From a plasmid, in the sequence record CP132210.1: a DNA stretch of 64,000 bases. One strand, given 5' to 3'. Of this stretch, positions 1 to 9,594 are shown piece after piece. Below the pieces are notes generated by a model. The model was not told where the DNA came from, made no database searches, and saw only the letters and a list, made by a program, of their open reading frames with translations. How positions within the stretch are numbered: position 1 is the first letter of the stretch; the number at the start of each line of letters is the position of its first letter. Both the position numbers and the translations under genes were made by a program.

Positions 1-46
1 CCGCCCGGTTCGGGACGTGGTGCGCCCCCAACTATTGGAGTGCATC

Positions 47-1324
47 ATGACTAAAGTGAACCATCTACAAAGCCTCTGTGTTATCCACGTTGACTTTGAT
101 ATTTGGAGTGGACAAACCCGTTTGTCTGCATCTGATCTCAAGCTGGGCGAGGGTGGTGAAATTCCACCGGAGAAAGTAGCTCAACTGGGGAGTAAGAAGA
201 TCTGTGATCCGGCGAAGCTGAAAGGCTTTCACCGCCTGAAAACAGAAACCCGTCGTCTCCTGTTGAAATTCGGTATGCCGTTCATGAACGGATTTGCCGT
301 CCCAGTCAGCAAGACCGATGAAATCTGTAACAAGCTGAATGAGATCAGCTTTCAGTTCAACCAACTGAAACAGGACTTCATCAACGGTTACAACAACGCC
401 GTGGATGAATGGTGTCAGGAAAACCCTGAGTACGAACGAGCTATCCGTGCCGGATCTCTTCCAAAGGAAACGGTCGAGGAGCGGATTGGCTTTGAGTTCC
501 AGGTGTTCATGATCCAGCCGGTGAACGATGATGAGGCCAACGCCAAAAGCCTTAACCGTAAGGTTGAGCGCTTGGGTGACGATCTCATCTCCGAAGTGGT
601 TCAGGAAGCGAATAAGTTCTATATGGAACGTTTGGCCGGTCGAGACCAATGTGCTGTCACGACTCGGCTGACTCTCCGTAATATCCGCGACAAGGTGGAT
701 GGACTTAGCTTCTTGAACAGCGCTTTTAACCCTCTGGTAAAGCTGCTCGACCAAACCCTCCGGGGATATGAGAAACATGCCGATGGTCGAAACATCGTTG
801 CGCCTTTCTTCTATCAGGTCGTGGCCGCTGTGCTGATCATGAGCGAGAGAGACCGCATCGAGCAGTATGCCAATGGCTCAATTACTGTAGAGAGCATGGC
901 TAATAACATTGGCGGTTCGGAAGCCCAAATGGGGGACTGTTCCAAAGATGAAAAGCCTGAACGGAAAAGCGATACATCCGGTGAGCCCACTCTTGCATTT
1001 GAGGGGGGCGAAACCAAGACGCAACAGGTAGGCGGAAACGACTCTGTTCTATCCGAACAGACTAACAGCAATGGTAACGTTGTTGACCTGGATGAAGACA
1101 TCGACAACTTCTTCAAGAGTTTTGCAGAGCGAGGCGAGGGTGAATCGGAAGATGAATCCAAGGCCGGTGATGCGATTCAAGAAGAGCGAGTTGAAGTTGA
1201 GGATGAGCCTGTTTTGCCTGGGGATACTCCGGTAGAGCAAGAACCTATCCAAGAGCTACCCACTGAGGAACCCCTCATCCAGGTGCCGCCTAAAACTGAT
1301 GATGATGACGACTGTTTCTTCTAA
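47..1324 (+). CDS. DUF3150-like protein with a strongly acidic C-terminal tail ending DDDDDCFF
   Basis: ATG at 47 preceded by GGAGTG. The same upstream element, RBS and start are repeated at 9238-9294. Read by eye as the DUF3150 family that sits beside CobS/CobT-like pairs on mobile elements. Confidence 0.65.
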   Translation: MTKVNHLQSLCVIHVDFDIWSGQTRLSASDLKLGEGGEIPPEKVAQLGSKKICDPAKLKGFHRLKTETRRLLLKFGMPFMNGFAVPVSKTDEICNKLNEISFQFNQLKQDFINGYNNAVDEWCQENPEYERAIRAGSLPKETVEERIGFEFQVFMIQPVNDDEANAKSLNRKVERLGDDLISEVVQEANKFYMERLAGRDQCAVTTRLTLRNIRDKVDGLSFLNSAFNPLVKLLDQTLRGYEKHADGRNIVAPFFYQVVAAVLIMSERDRIEQYANGSITVESMANNIGGSEAQMGDCSKDEKPERKSDTSGEPTLAFEGGETKTQQVGGNDSVLSEQTNSNGNVVDLDEDIDNFFKSFAERGEGESEDESKAGDAIQEERVEVEDEPVLPGDTPVEQEPIQELPTEEPLIQVPPKTDDDDDCFF

Positions 1325-1408
1325 TAGTCACTTCAACTAAATCGACCCGGAGGGGATAGCCATTCCCTCCAGGGGTGGACTATCTCCTTCCCTACCAGGA
1401 GAAAAGAT

Positions 1409-3205
1409 ATGTCCAAAAAACACACCATTTACAGCGCTCTACCAATCGTGGCCGCAGCCTATGGTGAAAAACTCGGTGTCAAAGTCGCCATCGGTAACGA
1501 TGACGCATACACCGATGGCAAGACCATCGTGGTTCCGAATATTCCCGACGACTATCCGCACATGGATGCTGTCTGGGGATATTTGGCCCATGAAGCTGCC
1601 CATGTCCGGTTTACGGACTTTGGTGTTGAACGCCGCAGAGGCCTTCATGCTGAGTTGTCCAACATTTTGGAGGACTGCCGCATAGAACGCGCCATGATGG
1701 AGCTCTTCCCAGGCACTTCACAGACCCTGAATGAAGTCGCTCGCTACATGGCTCAAGCCGGTCATTACGAACACGTCACAGATAAAGAGGCTCCGGCCTC
1801 CATTCTGACTGGGTTCTGCTTGTACTGGCTGCAAACCAAGGCTGTAGGGCAATCCGTCCTTCAACCCTATCTCGATTCGGCTACCTCCGTATTCGAGCGC
1901 GTGTTTCCTCAAGGGGTTGTTGTTCGGCTGAACGCTTTGCTGCGTAAGGCTGTGAACACTAAGTCAACCGCAGAGGTGACATCCTTGGCCGACAAAATCA
2001 TCAAGATGATCGAGGAGGAAAAGGAGAAAGAAGAGCAGAAGCCTAAGAATGGTGAGGATGGTAACAATCAGCAGAATGCTGGTAGCAACCAATCTCAGAA
2101 CAATCAAGGCGGAGGTGGGAACGATCAAAACCAAGGGCAAGGTGCCAATGGTGGTGATCAGCAAGGCAAAGACCAGAAGCAAGACGATGCTGGTGGAAAG
2201 TCTGATCCGAAAGGGCAAGGCGACCAAAGCAAGTCGGATACTGATGGTGGCAGCAAGGCTGGACAAAGCCAGGCTGGTGGCAATTCTGACGCAGCAAAGC
2301 AAGATGCGGCCAAAATGCTCCAGCAGGTTCTGAATGCCGGTGCCGGTGACTTGCGTGGTGACGCGCATGATGCACTTAAAGCTGAGCTCAACCGGGTGGC
2401 TCAAGATAAGGGAGACAGTAGTTATATGACTGTTCGCTCTGCTGTGAACACCCAGGATAACCCTGCTGTTGGCAAAAGCCTCGTAGGTGATGTGAAGAGC
2501 ACCACTTCAAAGATAAGAACGCAGCTTTACGGATTGGTCCAGGCCAGCCAGCGAGTTGCTCACCGCAACCAACGATCAGGAAAGCGTGTGGATGCCCGGA
2601 AGCTACATCGTGTAGTGACAGGTGATACCCGCGTATTCCTCAAGCCGGAAGCCAAGAAACGCCCTAACACGGCGGTTCACATCCTGGTTGATATGAGCTC
2701 CTCGATGGCCTACAAGGCCGCCAATGGAAAGGAGCGTCAAGATATTGCGCGGGAAGCATCCTTAGCTATTTCTATGGCTCTGGAAGCGATCCCCGGCGTA
2801 AATCCGGCAGTCACCTTTTTTGGTGGCAACCGGAACCAGCCAGTGTTCAGTGTCGTGAAGCATGGAGATACGGTTCAGAATCGGGCCGGTCGGTTTGGGT
2901 TCAAAGCAACTGGCGGTACACCTATGGCGGAAGCTATGTGGTATGCAGCCTTTGAACTCACCAAGACCCGTGAAGAGCGGAAAATGTTGATCGTAGTGAC
3001 TGATGGGCAGCCTCAAAGCGCCCCTGCATGTCGCTCTGTGATCGACCTCTGTGAACGAAGCGATGTTGAGGTGATAGGCATAGGGGTAGAGACTACCGCA
3101 GTGTCAGGACTGTTCCAAAAGAACATTGTCATTGACGATGCGGCAGCTCTGCAACGCACACTGTTTAAGCTGATGGAGCGGTCACTGACTGCTTTTGCGG
3201 CCTAG
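1409..3205 (+). CDS. CobT-like von Willebrand factor A (VWA) domain protein with a long Gln/Asn/Gly/Asp/Lys-rich disordered linker
   Basis: AGGAGA RBS. C-terminal VWA signature: VHILVDMSSSM...GGTPMAEAMWYA...LIVVTDGQP. A low-complexity stretch spans about residues 195-300. Confidence 0.75.
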   Translation: MSKKHTIYSALPIVAAAYGEKLGVKVAIGNDDAYTDGKTIVVPNIPDDYPHMDAVWGYLAHEAAHVRFTDFGVERRRGLHAELSNILEDCRIERAMMELFPGTSQTLNEVARYMAQAGHYEHVTDKEAPASILTGFCLYWLQTKAVGQSVLQPYLDSATSVFERVFPQGVVVRLNALLRKAVNTKSTAEVTSLADKIIKMIEEEKEKEEQKPKNGEDGNNQQNAGSNQSQNNQGGGGNDQNQGQGANGGDQQGKDQKQDDAGGKSDPKGQGDQSKSDTDGGSKAGQSQAGGNSDAAKQDAAKMLQQVLNAGAGDLRGDAHDALKAELNRVAQDKGDSSYMTVRSAVNTQDNPAVGKSLVGDVKSTTSKIRTQLYGLVQASQRVAHRNQRSGKRVDARKLHRVVTGDTRVFLKPEAKKRPNTAVHILVDMSSSMAYKAANGKERQDIAREASLAISMALEAIPGVNPAVTFFGGNRNQPVFSVVKHGDTVQNRAGRFGFKATGGTPMAEAMWYAAFELTKTREERKMLIVVTDGQPQSAPACRSVIDLCERSDVEVIGIGVETTAVSGLFQKNIVIDDAAALQRTLFKLMERSLTAFAA

Positions 3206-3319
3206 TGTGTGTAAATAAACGCGGTCGCCCATTTTGGGTGGCCGCCATTTTTTAACCTAGCAGGGGCGTCCTATCTCCTGTTAGGAGGGGGAGCCTCTTT
3301 TGAATAGAGAGCAACTCAA

Positions 3320-3808
3320 ATGTCTGTACTTACTTTTAAAATCCATGATGTGAAAAAGTTGATTGAAGAGCTTGATGCAGCAAGCAGTTTTTCACCATCA
3401 ACGGACGATTTGTTCAATCCTGAAATGTACTCTGACGGCATAGTCAGGGATAAAAATGGAAGGACTGAGCAGGAAGCTGAAAAACATGGCGGGATGTTCT
3501 GGCCTTCAGAAGACTTTATTGACCAGAGCAAAGTTAAACCCGCCTTGATTTTGGTAGGAGATCATGGAGTTTACCTCATCACTAATGCAAAAGCTGATGG
3601 GTCTCCAAGCTCTCGCGGAACAGTCGCTTATGCTAAGGGCTGTAATCCAAGGCTCGATGATGATTTCTACGAAAATAAATGCAACTTGTTTGGTGGTGAT
3701 GATGGTTCGGTTCGCATCCCTTCTGAATGGGCCCGGTGGGCTATCCAGAACCAGAAGGCGTTTCGGATCAAATTGACCACAAACTCGGTTGAGCTGATGC
3801 AGGGGTAA
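3320..3808 (+). CDS. hypothetical protein
   Basis: 162-aa ORF, co-oriented, family A element upstream. Confidence 0.5.
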   Translation: MSVLTFKIHDVKKLIEELDAASSFSPSTDDLFNPEMYSDGIVRDKNGRTEQEAEKHGGMFWPSEDFIDQSKVKPALILVGDHGVYLITNAKADGSPSSRGTVAYAKGCNPRLDDDFYENKCNLFGGDDGSVRIPSEWARWAIQNQKAFRIKLTTNSVELMQG

Positions 3809-3873
3809 TACAGGTAATCCCTGTTGATGTATACGGTCGTCGGTAACGATGGCCGTTTTTATTTGGAGAATCT

Positions 3874-4206
3874 ATGAACCAATTCCATCGGTTGGATTTG
3901 TATCATCAGAACAAGGGTAGAAGAGCATCTGAGCCTGATACACCTTTCTTACTGCTTGCCAAACGCATCCCTCCAATGTACTGGAGACTGTTCCAGGGTG
4001 TCACACTGGATAGTCGTATGGGGTACACCGGCAAGCGGCAGTTCCACGGTCTTGGGCAAGCAATCAACTGGGCAAAATCATCAGTTGGTTATTCCTGGTC
4101 AAACAAGCACTTTCATAAGCCCGTAGACCTCGATCTTTTGCTGGCCTGTACTGCGAGTAAGTTGCCTGAACATCTGGTCGAAGATCTGAAAAGACGGGGC
4201 AATTGA
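3874..4206 (+). CDS. hypothetical protein
   Basis: 110-aa ORF with GGAG RBS 7 nt upstream. Confidence 0.5.
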   Translation: MNQFHRLDLYHQNKGRRASEPDTPFLLLAKRIPPMYWRLFQGVTLDSRMGYTGKRQFHGLGQAINWAKSSVGYSWSNKHFHKPVDLDLLLACTASKLPEHLVEDLKRRGN

Positions 4207-4407
4207 TGCGTCTTTGATCTTGCACCCGAAAAGGGCAGTTTGAGCGTTCCTGTTCATGCCGCTCTCGTGGAAAAATAAAAGTGAGGAGGGGATACCCTCC
4301 CACTTTCTCAGAGGCCTTCATTGAGGGTTGCTGAGAAAGTGAATTTTGTCCTCTCTGAGGGCGAAAACGTGCGATAGCTGGTCGCCAAAAACAAACAGCA
4401 ACCTATC
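4207..4407 (+). repeat. family B intergenic module 1 (hairpin plus conserved GTAGCTGG-N-CCAAAAACAAACAGCAA core)
   Basis: Core 4343-4401 is 59/59 identical to 17941-17999. Confidence 0.7.
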
Positions 4408-4467
4408 TTGGCCCATAGGGCGCACTGCGCCTGTTGGGCAACGTGCGTCCTCAAAAAGGAGATACGC

Positions 4468-5007
4468 ATGTCTATCCTTGAAAAGATGAAAGCAGAAATG
4501 CTTAATCTCTCTCAAAAGCTCAAGTTACCGGAGGTTTATGCCGGTGATGTAGAGCAAGATCTAACCCTGATTGAGCAGTTCAGTGGCTATCAAATGTTAT
4601 GGGTGCTCAGAACCTGTGGTTCGGCATTGATACCGTTAAAGGCCGGAGTTCACCCTGTTCATGTTACTCACTGGATCTGGGGTAATTCAGGGCAACAAAT
4701 CTTTGTGTTTCATGTCAATACGCAGCACGGAACCATAGAGAAAGTTGACTTCGAGGAAGCTGAACGTCTCATCATGCAGCAACCTTGCCATTTGAGCTCT
4801 TCAATGAAGCGCGAAGAGATAATCAGCTATGTTGATCGTGTTCTATCTAATGGCTGCAACCTTCGTATATGGGGTGTTTTTGACTCACCGAAACACTCTT
4901 GTTCGGTCGGGGACTGGTCACAATGGCAACAGTATTTCAGATCGTCAGGTAATCACCTGATGGCCGATTTTATTGGTAAAGCCATTCGATTCACGAACCC
5001 TCGATAA
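4468..5007 (+). CDS. hypothetical protein
   Basis: AAGGAG RBS then ATG at 4468. First gene after family B module 1. Confidence 0.55.
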   Translation: MSILEKMKAEMLNLSQKLKLPEVYAGDVEQDLTLIEQFSGYQMLWVLRTCGSALIPLKAGVHPVHVTHWIWGNSGQQIFVFHVNTQHGTIEKVDFEEAERLIMQQPCHLSSSMKREEIISYVDRVLSNGCNLRIWGVFDSPKHSCSVGDWSQWQQYFRSSGNHLMADFIGKAIRFTNPR

Positions 5008-5087
5008 ATCGCCGTTCAACCATTAACCCTTTGGGGCTCCGATAGCCCTGAGGGGCCGGGGCTCCGCAATCGCATTAAGGAGTCCCT

Positions 5088-5588
5088 ATGAAAAACCTAT
5101 CAGCTTTGGAAGCAGTTCTTGACTACGACAAACCTTCTCGGCGTTTTCTTGATGAGCTCAACGAAAACCAGATGAAGGACCTGTCCGGGGAAATCTTCGC
5201 CAAGCTCTACTGGAGCAAGCGGAATCCTCAGTGGTACGAGAAAGACACCAACAGACTGTTTGCACGACTTCGTTGGGTTCGGCGCATCATCAAGAAGCGC
5301 TTGAGTTCCGGCCAGGTTAAACCTGAACTGACTGAAAATGGTTCAGTGATGGATCGCTTCAACTTCCCTTGCGGTGACACTCTCGATTTCTTCCATCGGT
5401 ACTTGCAACATCCCAAATGGGCTGTTGTGTATCAAGAGTCGGGTTGTATTGCCTTTTGGAAAAATGAAGCAACGCTTGAGCTATGCACCTACTGCGAAGG
5501 TGATGTGGTCATGATGAAGGCACCTGATGAAACGGCCTTCTTTCGTGATTGCAATCGCCTGAGCTGGTGGTATGCAGATAACGCTTGA
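5088..5588 (+). CDS. hypothetical protein
   Basis: AAGGAG RBS, 166 aa. Confidence 0.55.
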   Translation: MKNLSALEAVLDYDKPSRRFLDELNENQMKDLSGEIFAKLYWSKRNPQWYEKDTNRLFARLRWVRRIIKKRLSSGQVKPELTENGSVMDRFNFPCGDTLDFFHRYLQHPKWAVVYQESGCIAFWKNEATLELCTYCEGDVVMMKAPDETAFFRDCNRLSWWYADNA

Positions 5589-5661
5589 TCTTAATCCCTA
5601 ACCAGGGGCGAACCAGCCCCTGATGGGAGCATGGTGCGCCCCATCTACGATGGAGGACGCC

Positions 5662-6546
5662 ATGTTCAAATCATCAGTATGCTCCTACGAAAATAGGGGG
5701 CCTTACGGAAACAACAAGTACCGAGGCAATTGCTCTGGCTTCATCATAAAAGACTTTGTTGAGTCCTACATGAGGAGGCCGAATGGGCTGGTGGCAGACC
5801 CCAGTGTTGGGGGCGGCTCAAGCATCGACGTTGCCAATGAACTTGGAATCCGTTTCAAAGGGACAGACTTGCATCAGGGTTTCAATCTGTTGCGGGATGA
5901 CTTCCTTTCGTTCCTCGGAGAGCCTGCACACCTTATCTGGTGGCACCCTCCTTACTGGGACATGATCCAGTATTCAGGTAAACAGTGGGGAGAACCCAAC
6001 AAATGGGACATGAGCCGCATGAGTTTGCCTGAGTTCGTTGAAGCCCTTGAGTTGGCTGTTATGAACATTCATGACGCTTGTGAGCAAGGGGGACATTACG
6101 GAATCCTCATGGGGAACCTGAGGCGCGATGGGGATTACTTCAACCTGTCCAGCCTTGTGGAACGTATCGCACCTGGAAAGCTGGTGGATGAAATCATCAA
6201 AACACAGCACAACTGTGTGAGTGATCGAACTCAGTATTCCGGGAAGCTAGTGCGCATCGCCCATGAGAAGCTGTTGGTGTTTCGTCGTAACGACGTTGCC
6301 TCATCGCTCTGTCTTCTTGCTGCCGTACACCGCCGATCAACCAACATGGTTTCGACTACGTGGAAAGCTGCAATACGCCGAACCCTACAGGGGAAAACGT
6401 TGAAGCTGGAGCAGATTTACAAAGAGATTGAACCCTACGCAAAGCATCGAGAGAACAACCACTGGCAAGCAAAGGTCAGGCAAGTTCTTCAAGATGCCAG
6501 GTTCTTTAGTCGCATCGAGGTAGGTGCCTATGCACTTGCTGAGTAG
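5662..6546 (+). CDS. putative DNA amino-methyltransferase (N6-adenine or N4-cytosine)
   Basis: GGAGG RBS. Motif I-like DPSVGGGSS followed by motif IV-like WHPPYW (DPPY-type). Confidence 0.6.
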   Translation: MFKSSVCSYENRGPYGNNKYRGNCSGFIIKDFVESYMRRPNGLVADPSVGGGSSIDVANELGIRFKGTDLHQGFNLLRDDFLSFLGEPAHLIWWHPPYWDMIQYSGKQWGEPNKWDMSRMSLPEFVEALELAVMNIHDACEQGGHYGILMGNLRRDGDYFNLSSLVERIAPGKLVDEIIKTQHNCVSDRTQYSGKLVRIAHEKLLVFRRNDVASSLCLLAAVHRRSTNMVSTTWKAAIRRTLQGKTLKLEQIYKEIEPYAKHRENNHWQAKVRQVLQDARFFSRIEVGAYALAE

Positions 6547-6611
6547 CCCAACCGGGGCGTGACATCCCGGAGGGGATTGGTCGCGCTCATTAACATCAAA
6601 GGAGCGTGACC

Positions 6612-6836
6612 ATGAACATACAACTTCAAGCCAACAACATTGTTCTGTTGGCGCAAATCGAAAACAAAGGCCTCACTGTTGAAACGCATTGTCGCAGTGG
6701 CTTTTGTGGCATGTGCCGGGTTCGTCTAATCGAAGGTCAGGTGGCCTACGAAGAGACCCCCATCGCACTTGTCAAAGAAGGGGAAGTGTTGGTTTGCTGC
6801 GCTAAAGCAAAAACCGATGTGACCTTGGAAATTTAA
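6612..6836 (+). CDS. YfaE-like 2Fe-2S ferredoxin
   Basis: 74 aa. Cys cluster CRSGFCGMCRV plus a distal Cys pair (VCC). AAGGAG RBS. Confidence 0.6.
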   Translation: MNIQLQANNIVLLAQIENKGLTVETHCRSGFCGMCRVRLIEGQVAYEETPIALVKEGEVLVCCAKAKTDVTLEI

Positions 6837-6897
6837 CCCATCCGGAGGAGCCTTTCCTGCGGGTGGGGCTCCTCTATCCATTACGAGGAGAAACACT

Positions 6898-7287
6898 ATG
6901 TCTATCAAAACCAAAGTCGAACAAATCGCATACGGCCATGCTACTGCTCAAGTGCTCAGTGAAATGGGTCCACAAGAGAATTGGTATAAGGCTTATGAGT
7001 ATTTGTCGGAGTGTGTAGAACTGGGAGACGACCCTGAGGATCTGGTCGTTTGGCAAAAGTTTGAGCACTGGGAATGGAAAGACATTCTGGAGCAAATCGA
7101 GAGCGAAGCTGAGTCTCTGCTTTCGACTATCAAGTTGGTTTTAGGCTTGGCCCACAAAGGCATCATTCAGTCAGCAATTGACTGCTCTCTCGATTCGGAC
7201 ATGACTCAGCTTGACCTGATTGGAATGGTCGAGCTCGGCAGTGAAATCGAAGAAAGGGAGTGTGCTGGAGGTGGCTATGCAGCTTAA
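6898..7287 (+). CDS. hypothetical acidic protein
   Basis: GAGGAG RBS, 129 aa. Confidence 0.5.
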   Translation: MSIKTKVEQIAYGHATAQVLSEMGPQENWYKAYEYLSECVELGDDPEDLVVWQKFEHWEWKDILEQIESEAESLLSTIKLVLGLAHKGIIQSAIDCSLDSDMTQLDLIGMVELGSEIEERECAGGGYAA

Positions 7288-7729
7288 CCGATACACGGCC
7301 AGAGAGTCTGACAAAGGTCGGGTTCTTCGGACCATTGGTTGGTGCAAACGCAACCACCTTACACTTGCCGGTCTTCCATATGACGACAACCTTGTAGGAA
7401 ACGATGGGATCAGCATAGAGATCATCACTCCTCCAGGTATGTCTCGGGAAATGCTGGAGCAAGCCGTCCAAGAGGGGTACTCAGAGCGAGATGTCGTAAG
7501 GCATCGCATTTTGGAGTGCCCTATCGGTTGGTTCATTGAAGCTGATGGCAAGGCATTTGATCATGAAGTTTTCCACGATTACGTGGCTGCTCATGGTTAT
7601 GGTGAACCTTCCAGTGAAGCCTATGAACTGGCGGAGCGGTGGTTCTGGCAGGGTAACGATTATGCGTTGATAGCTGCGGAAATAGTTGCTCGTGATCTTT
7701 GTGTTCGTGATGACGAAGATGAGGACTGA
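7277..7729 (+). CDS. hypothetical protein
   Basis: GGAGGTGG RBS then ATG at 7277, overlapping the upstream gene end (translational coupling). Confidence 0.45.
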   Translation: MQLNRYTARESDKGRVLRTIGWCKRNHLTLAGLPYDDNLVGNDGISIEIITPPGMSREMLEQAVQEGYSERDVVRHRILECPIGWFIEADGKAFDHEVFHDYVAAHGYGEPSSEAYELAERWFWQGNDYALIAAEIVARDLCVRDDEDED

Positions 7730-7733
7730 GCCT

Positions 7734-8009
7734 ATGGCCGCTGTAGCGCATATAGCAGCAGATAACCTTGTACCGGCATGTGGAGGGGCAGAGAAGCCGT
7801 TTACCGTCAATGACAGGCAATGGCTTTACTGTTATCACCCGGCTAGTGGAAAGCACTGCTACTTAGACCTCGATAACGACCGTCCAGTTTGGCATCGAGG
7901 ATTCCATCCTGCTTTTCATCCTGAGCTTGAGTTCGTTGATGAAGCTGAATTGTTTCGGCCAGTCGAGCAAAAGCCTGACCATGAAGATCTGGAGGATTTT
8001 TATTTTTAA
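7734..8009 (+). CDS. hypothetical protein
   Basis: GAGGA RBS then ATG at 7734. Confidence 0.45.
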   Translation: MAAVAHIAADNLVPACGGAEKPFTVNDRQWLYCYHPASGKHCYLDLDNDRPVWHRGFHPAFHPELEFVDEAELFRPVEQKPDHEDLEDFYF

Positions 8010-8065
8010 CCCACGGGGCTGCTTTTCCTGATGGGAGACAGCCTCCATTCTCAAAGGAGAAGACC

Positions 8066-8257
8066 ATGACAGATCACAGTCACATGATTGTGTTCCCTGG
8101 GAGCAATGTCGAATCACTTGCTGAGGCTAACGCCATGTTGAGCGCAGTGTCGGAAGACGCACGTAAAGCCAGCAATATGGAAGACAAACGTGACCTTGAA
8201 TCGCTTCAAGGCTGGCTGGAAGAGAACATCAATTCTCAACTGGCAGGCGTGAAGTAA
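8066..8257 (+). CDS. hypothetical small protein
   Basis: AAAGGAGAAG RBS, 63 aa. Confidence 0.45.
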   Translation: MTDHSHMIVFPGSNVESLAEANAMLSAVSEDARKASNMEDKRDLESLQGWLEENINSQLAGVK

Positions 8258-8324
8258 CGATGACTGTAACCCCATTGGGGGCTTCATGCCCCAGTGGGGG
8301 CATGGTGCCCGTAAAGGAGCCGCC

Positions 8325-8678
8325 ATGAACGCAGTGAAGATGATTCAGAAGGGAAACCAGCTAGAGCTGCCACTTTTCTTCTTGGATGAAGAGCCGAAAA
8401 CCGCAGAAGTAATTCCATTTGAGCCAAAGCCCGCATGGAATGATGATGAGGTAAGGTTGTTACGTGATGGGCTTTTATGGCATAGCCTTAGAGTCCTTGC
8501 TGATGGACGAGCTGGGAGTGAAATCAAGCAGGAAACTATGACTTGGGTGATGTCCGATGAGGTGCATCCATTCTCATTTGTGGTCTGCTGCGATGAAGCC
8601 GGTTACGATCCATCTGGAGTCAGGGAAGGCGTAAAGTCTATCCTAAAACGCTTAGCGCGGATTAAAGCGGGGGGTTAA
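8325..8678 (+). CDS. hypothetical protein
   Basis: AAAGGAG RBS. The TAA stop lies in the loop of the GGGGGTTAACCCCC hairpin. Confidence 0.5.
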   Translation: MNAVKMIQKGNQLELPLFFLDEEPKTAEVIPFEPKPAWNDDEVRLLRDGLLWHSLRVLADGRAGSEIKQETMTWVMSDEVHPFSFVVCCDEAGYDPSGVREGVKSILKRLARIKAGG

Positions 8679-8808
8679 CCCCCTGCTTTCCCAGCGACAT
8701 CGACTTTCACATGTGAAAGTTTTGTGCCCCTCGGAAAGCAAGATTTTGCTCTCTGACGAGAGTGAAAAGTGAGGTAGCTGGCCTCCCCAAACAAACAGTA
8801 TTCAACAT
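8664..8808 (+). repeat. family B intergenic module 2
   Basis: GGGGGTTAACCCCC hairpin at 8670-8683, then the TTTCACATGTGAAA palindrome, then the core ...GAGGTAGCTGGCCTCCCCAAACAAACAG. Confidence 0.65.
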
Positions 8809-8870
8809 AACCCTTGGGGATCACCGCCCCTTGGGCAGGTGGTTCCCTGAAAAAACATGGAGCCACAACT

Positions 8871-9215
8871 ATGACTACTCTTGCCAACTTTGCGAACCCG
8901 ATTTCTGTTATTCAACGCTCTCCAACCAGTGGGGTGTTTGGCTCAAATCAGTTCGTAGGAGACAAAGAGGGATTTGTACAAAAGGTGATCGGAAAGTGGT
9001 ACTGCACTCCAGGGAATACCATTCCTGTTGAGAGCATGTCCCACCTGGAGCAGGCGGAGAAACTCTATGACTTCTACGTCAAGTATCTCCAAGTAAAAGA
9101 AAAGACCTCTGTGAACCTTGGCCTGGTGCTGCACAAGCTGTACAGCACCGGTTCTATCCAGGAAGCAGAGATCGCTCTTGAAGCAATAAAAACTCAAGCT
9201 GGCGTCACGGCTTGA
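8871..9215 (+). CDS. hypothetical protein
   Basis: GGAG RBS then ATG at 8871. First gene after family B module 2. Confidence 0.5.
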   Translation: MTTLANFANPISVIQRSPTSGVFGSNQFVGDKEGFVQKVIGKWYCTPGNTIPVESMSHLEQAEKLYDFYVKYLQVKEKTSVNLGLVLHKLYSTGSIQEAEIALEAIKTQAGVTA

Positions 9216-9291
9216 GCCATCAACCAAACCCAACCGGGTGCATCCGCCCGGTTCGGGACGTGGTGCGCCCCCAAACTATTTGGAGTGCATC

Positions 9292-9594
9292 ATGGAAAAA
9301 CATAACCTCAAATCTGGATTCAGCATCTATTTCGCTGACATCCATTTCGAGAAACAGGTCTACGCATTCGGCTCAGGACTTGGCTTCACCTCTGTGATCT
9401 ACGCCTACTCTCTGGGCCGAGATCCGGAAGAAGCTGAAAAGCTGGCGCTTGAGAAGTACGACTCTGACGAAACGAAGGTAAAAAAGGTACATGTCAATCT
9501 GGCTCGCAGCCAGGACATCAACCGCTACACCTTTCCAGAACAAATGGCTGGCTTTGCTAATGCCATTCAGTCTCACGGCGCGGCTGTGAACTGA
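9292..9594 (+). CDS. hypothetical protein
   Basis: Same upstream element, RBS and ATG context as gene 1 (GGAGTGCATCATG). Confidence 0.5.
   Translation: MEKHNLKSGFSIYFADIHFEKQVYAFGSGLGFTSVIYAYSLGRDPEEAEKLALEKYDSDETKVKKVHVNLARSQDINRYTFPEQMAGFANAIQSHGAAVN

Noticed and set aside
17-46. Upstream extensions of tracked ORFs (17-46 for gene 1, 9238-9291, 18562-18657, 4408-4467, 5623-5661 and others)
   Set aside because: Each extension runs through the conserved family A element, and a Shine-Dalgarno sits immediately before an internal ATG. The shorter starts were chosen.
65-778. 237-aa ORF on the minus strand inside the DUF3150 gene
   Set aside because: Fully antisense to a well-supported plus-strand CDS with RBS, and has no start context of its own. 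Likely a spurious long antisense ORF.
1964-2404. Minus- and plus-strand ORFs overlapping the low-complexity linker of the VWA protein (1964-2404, 2043-2375, 2049-2333, 2158-2391)
   Set aside because: Repetitive Q/N/G-rich coding DNA yields open frames in all phases. No RBS or start context.
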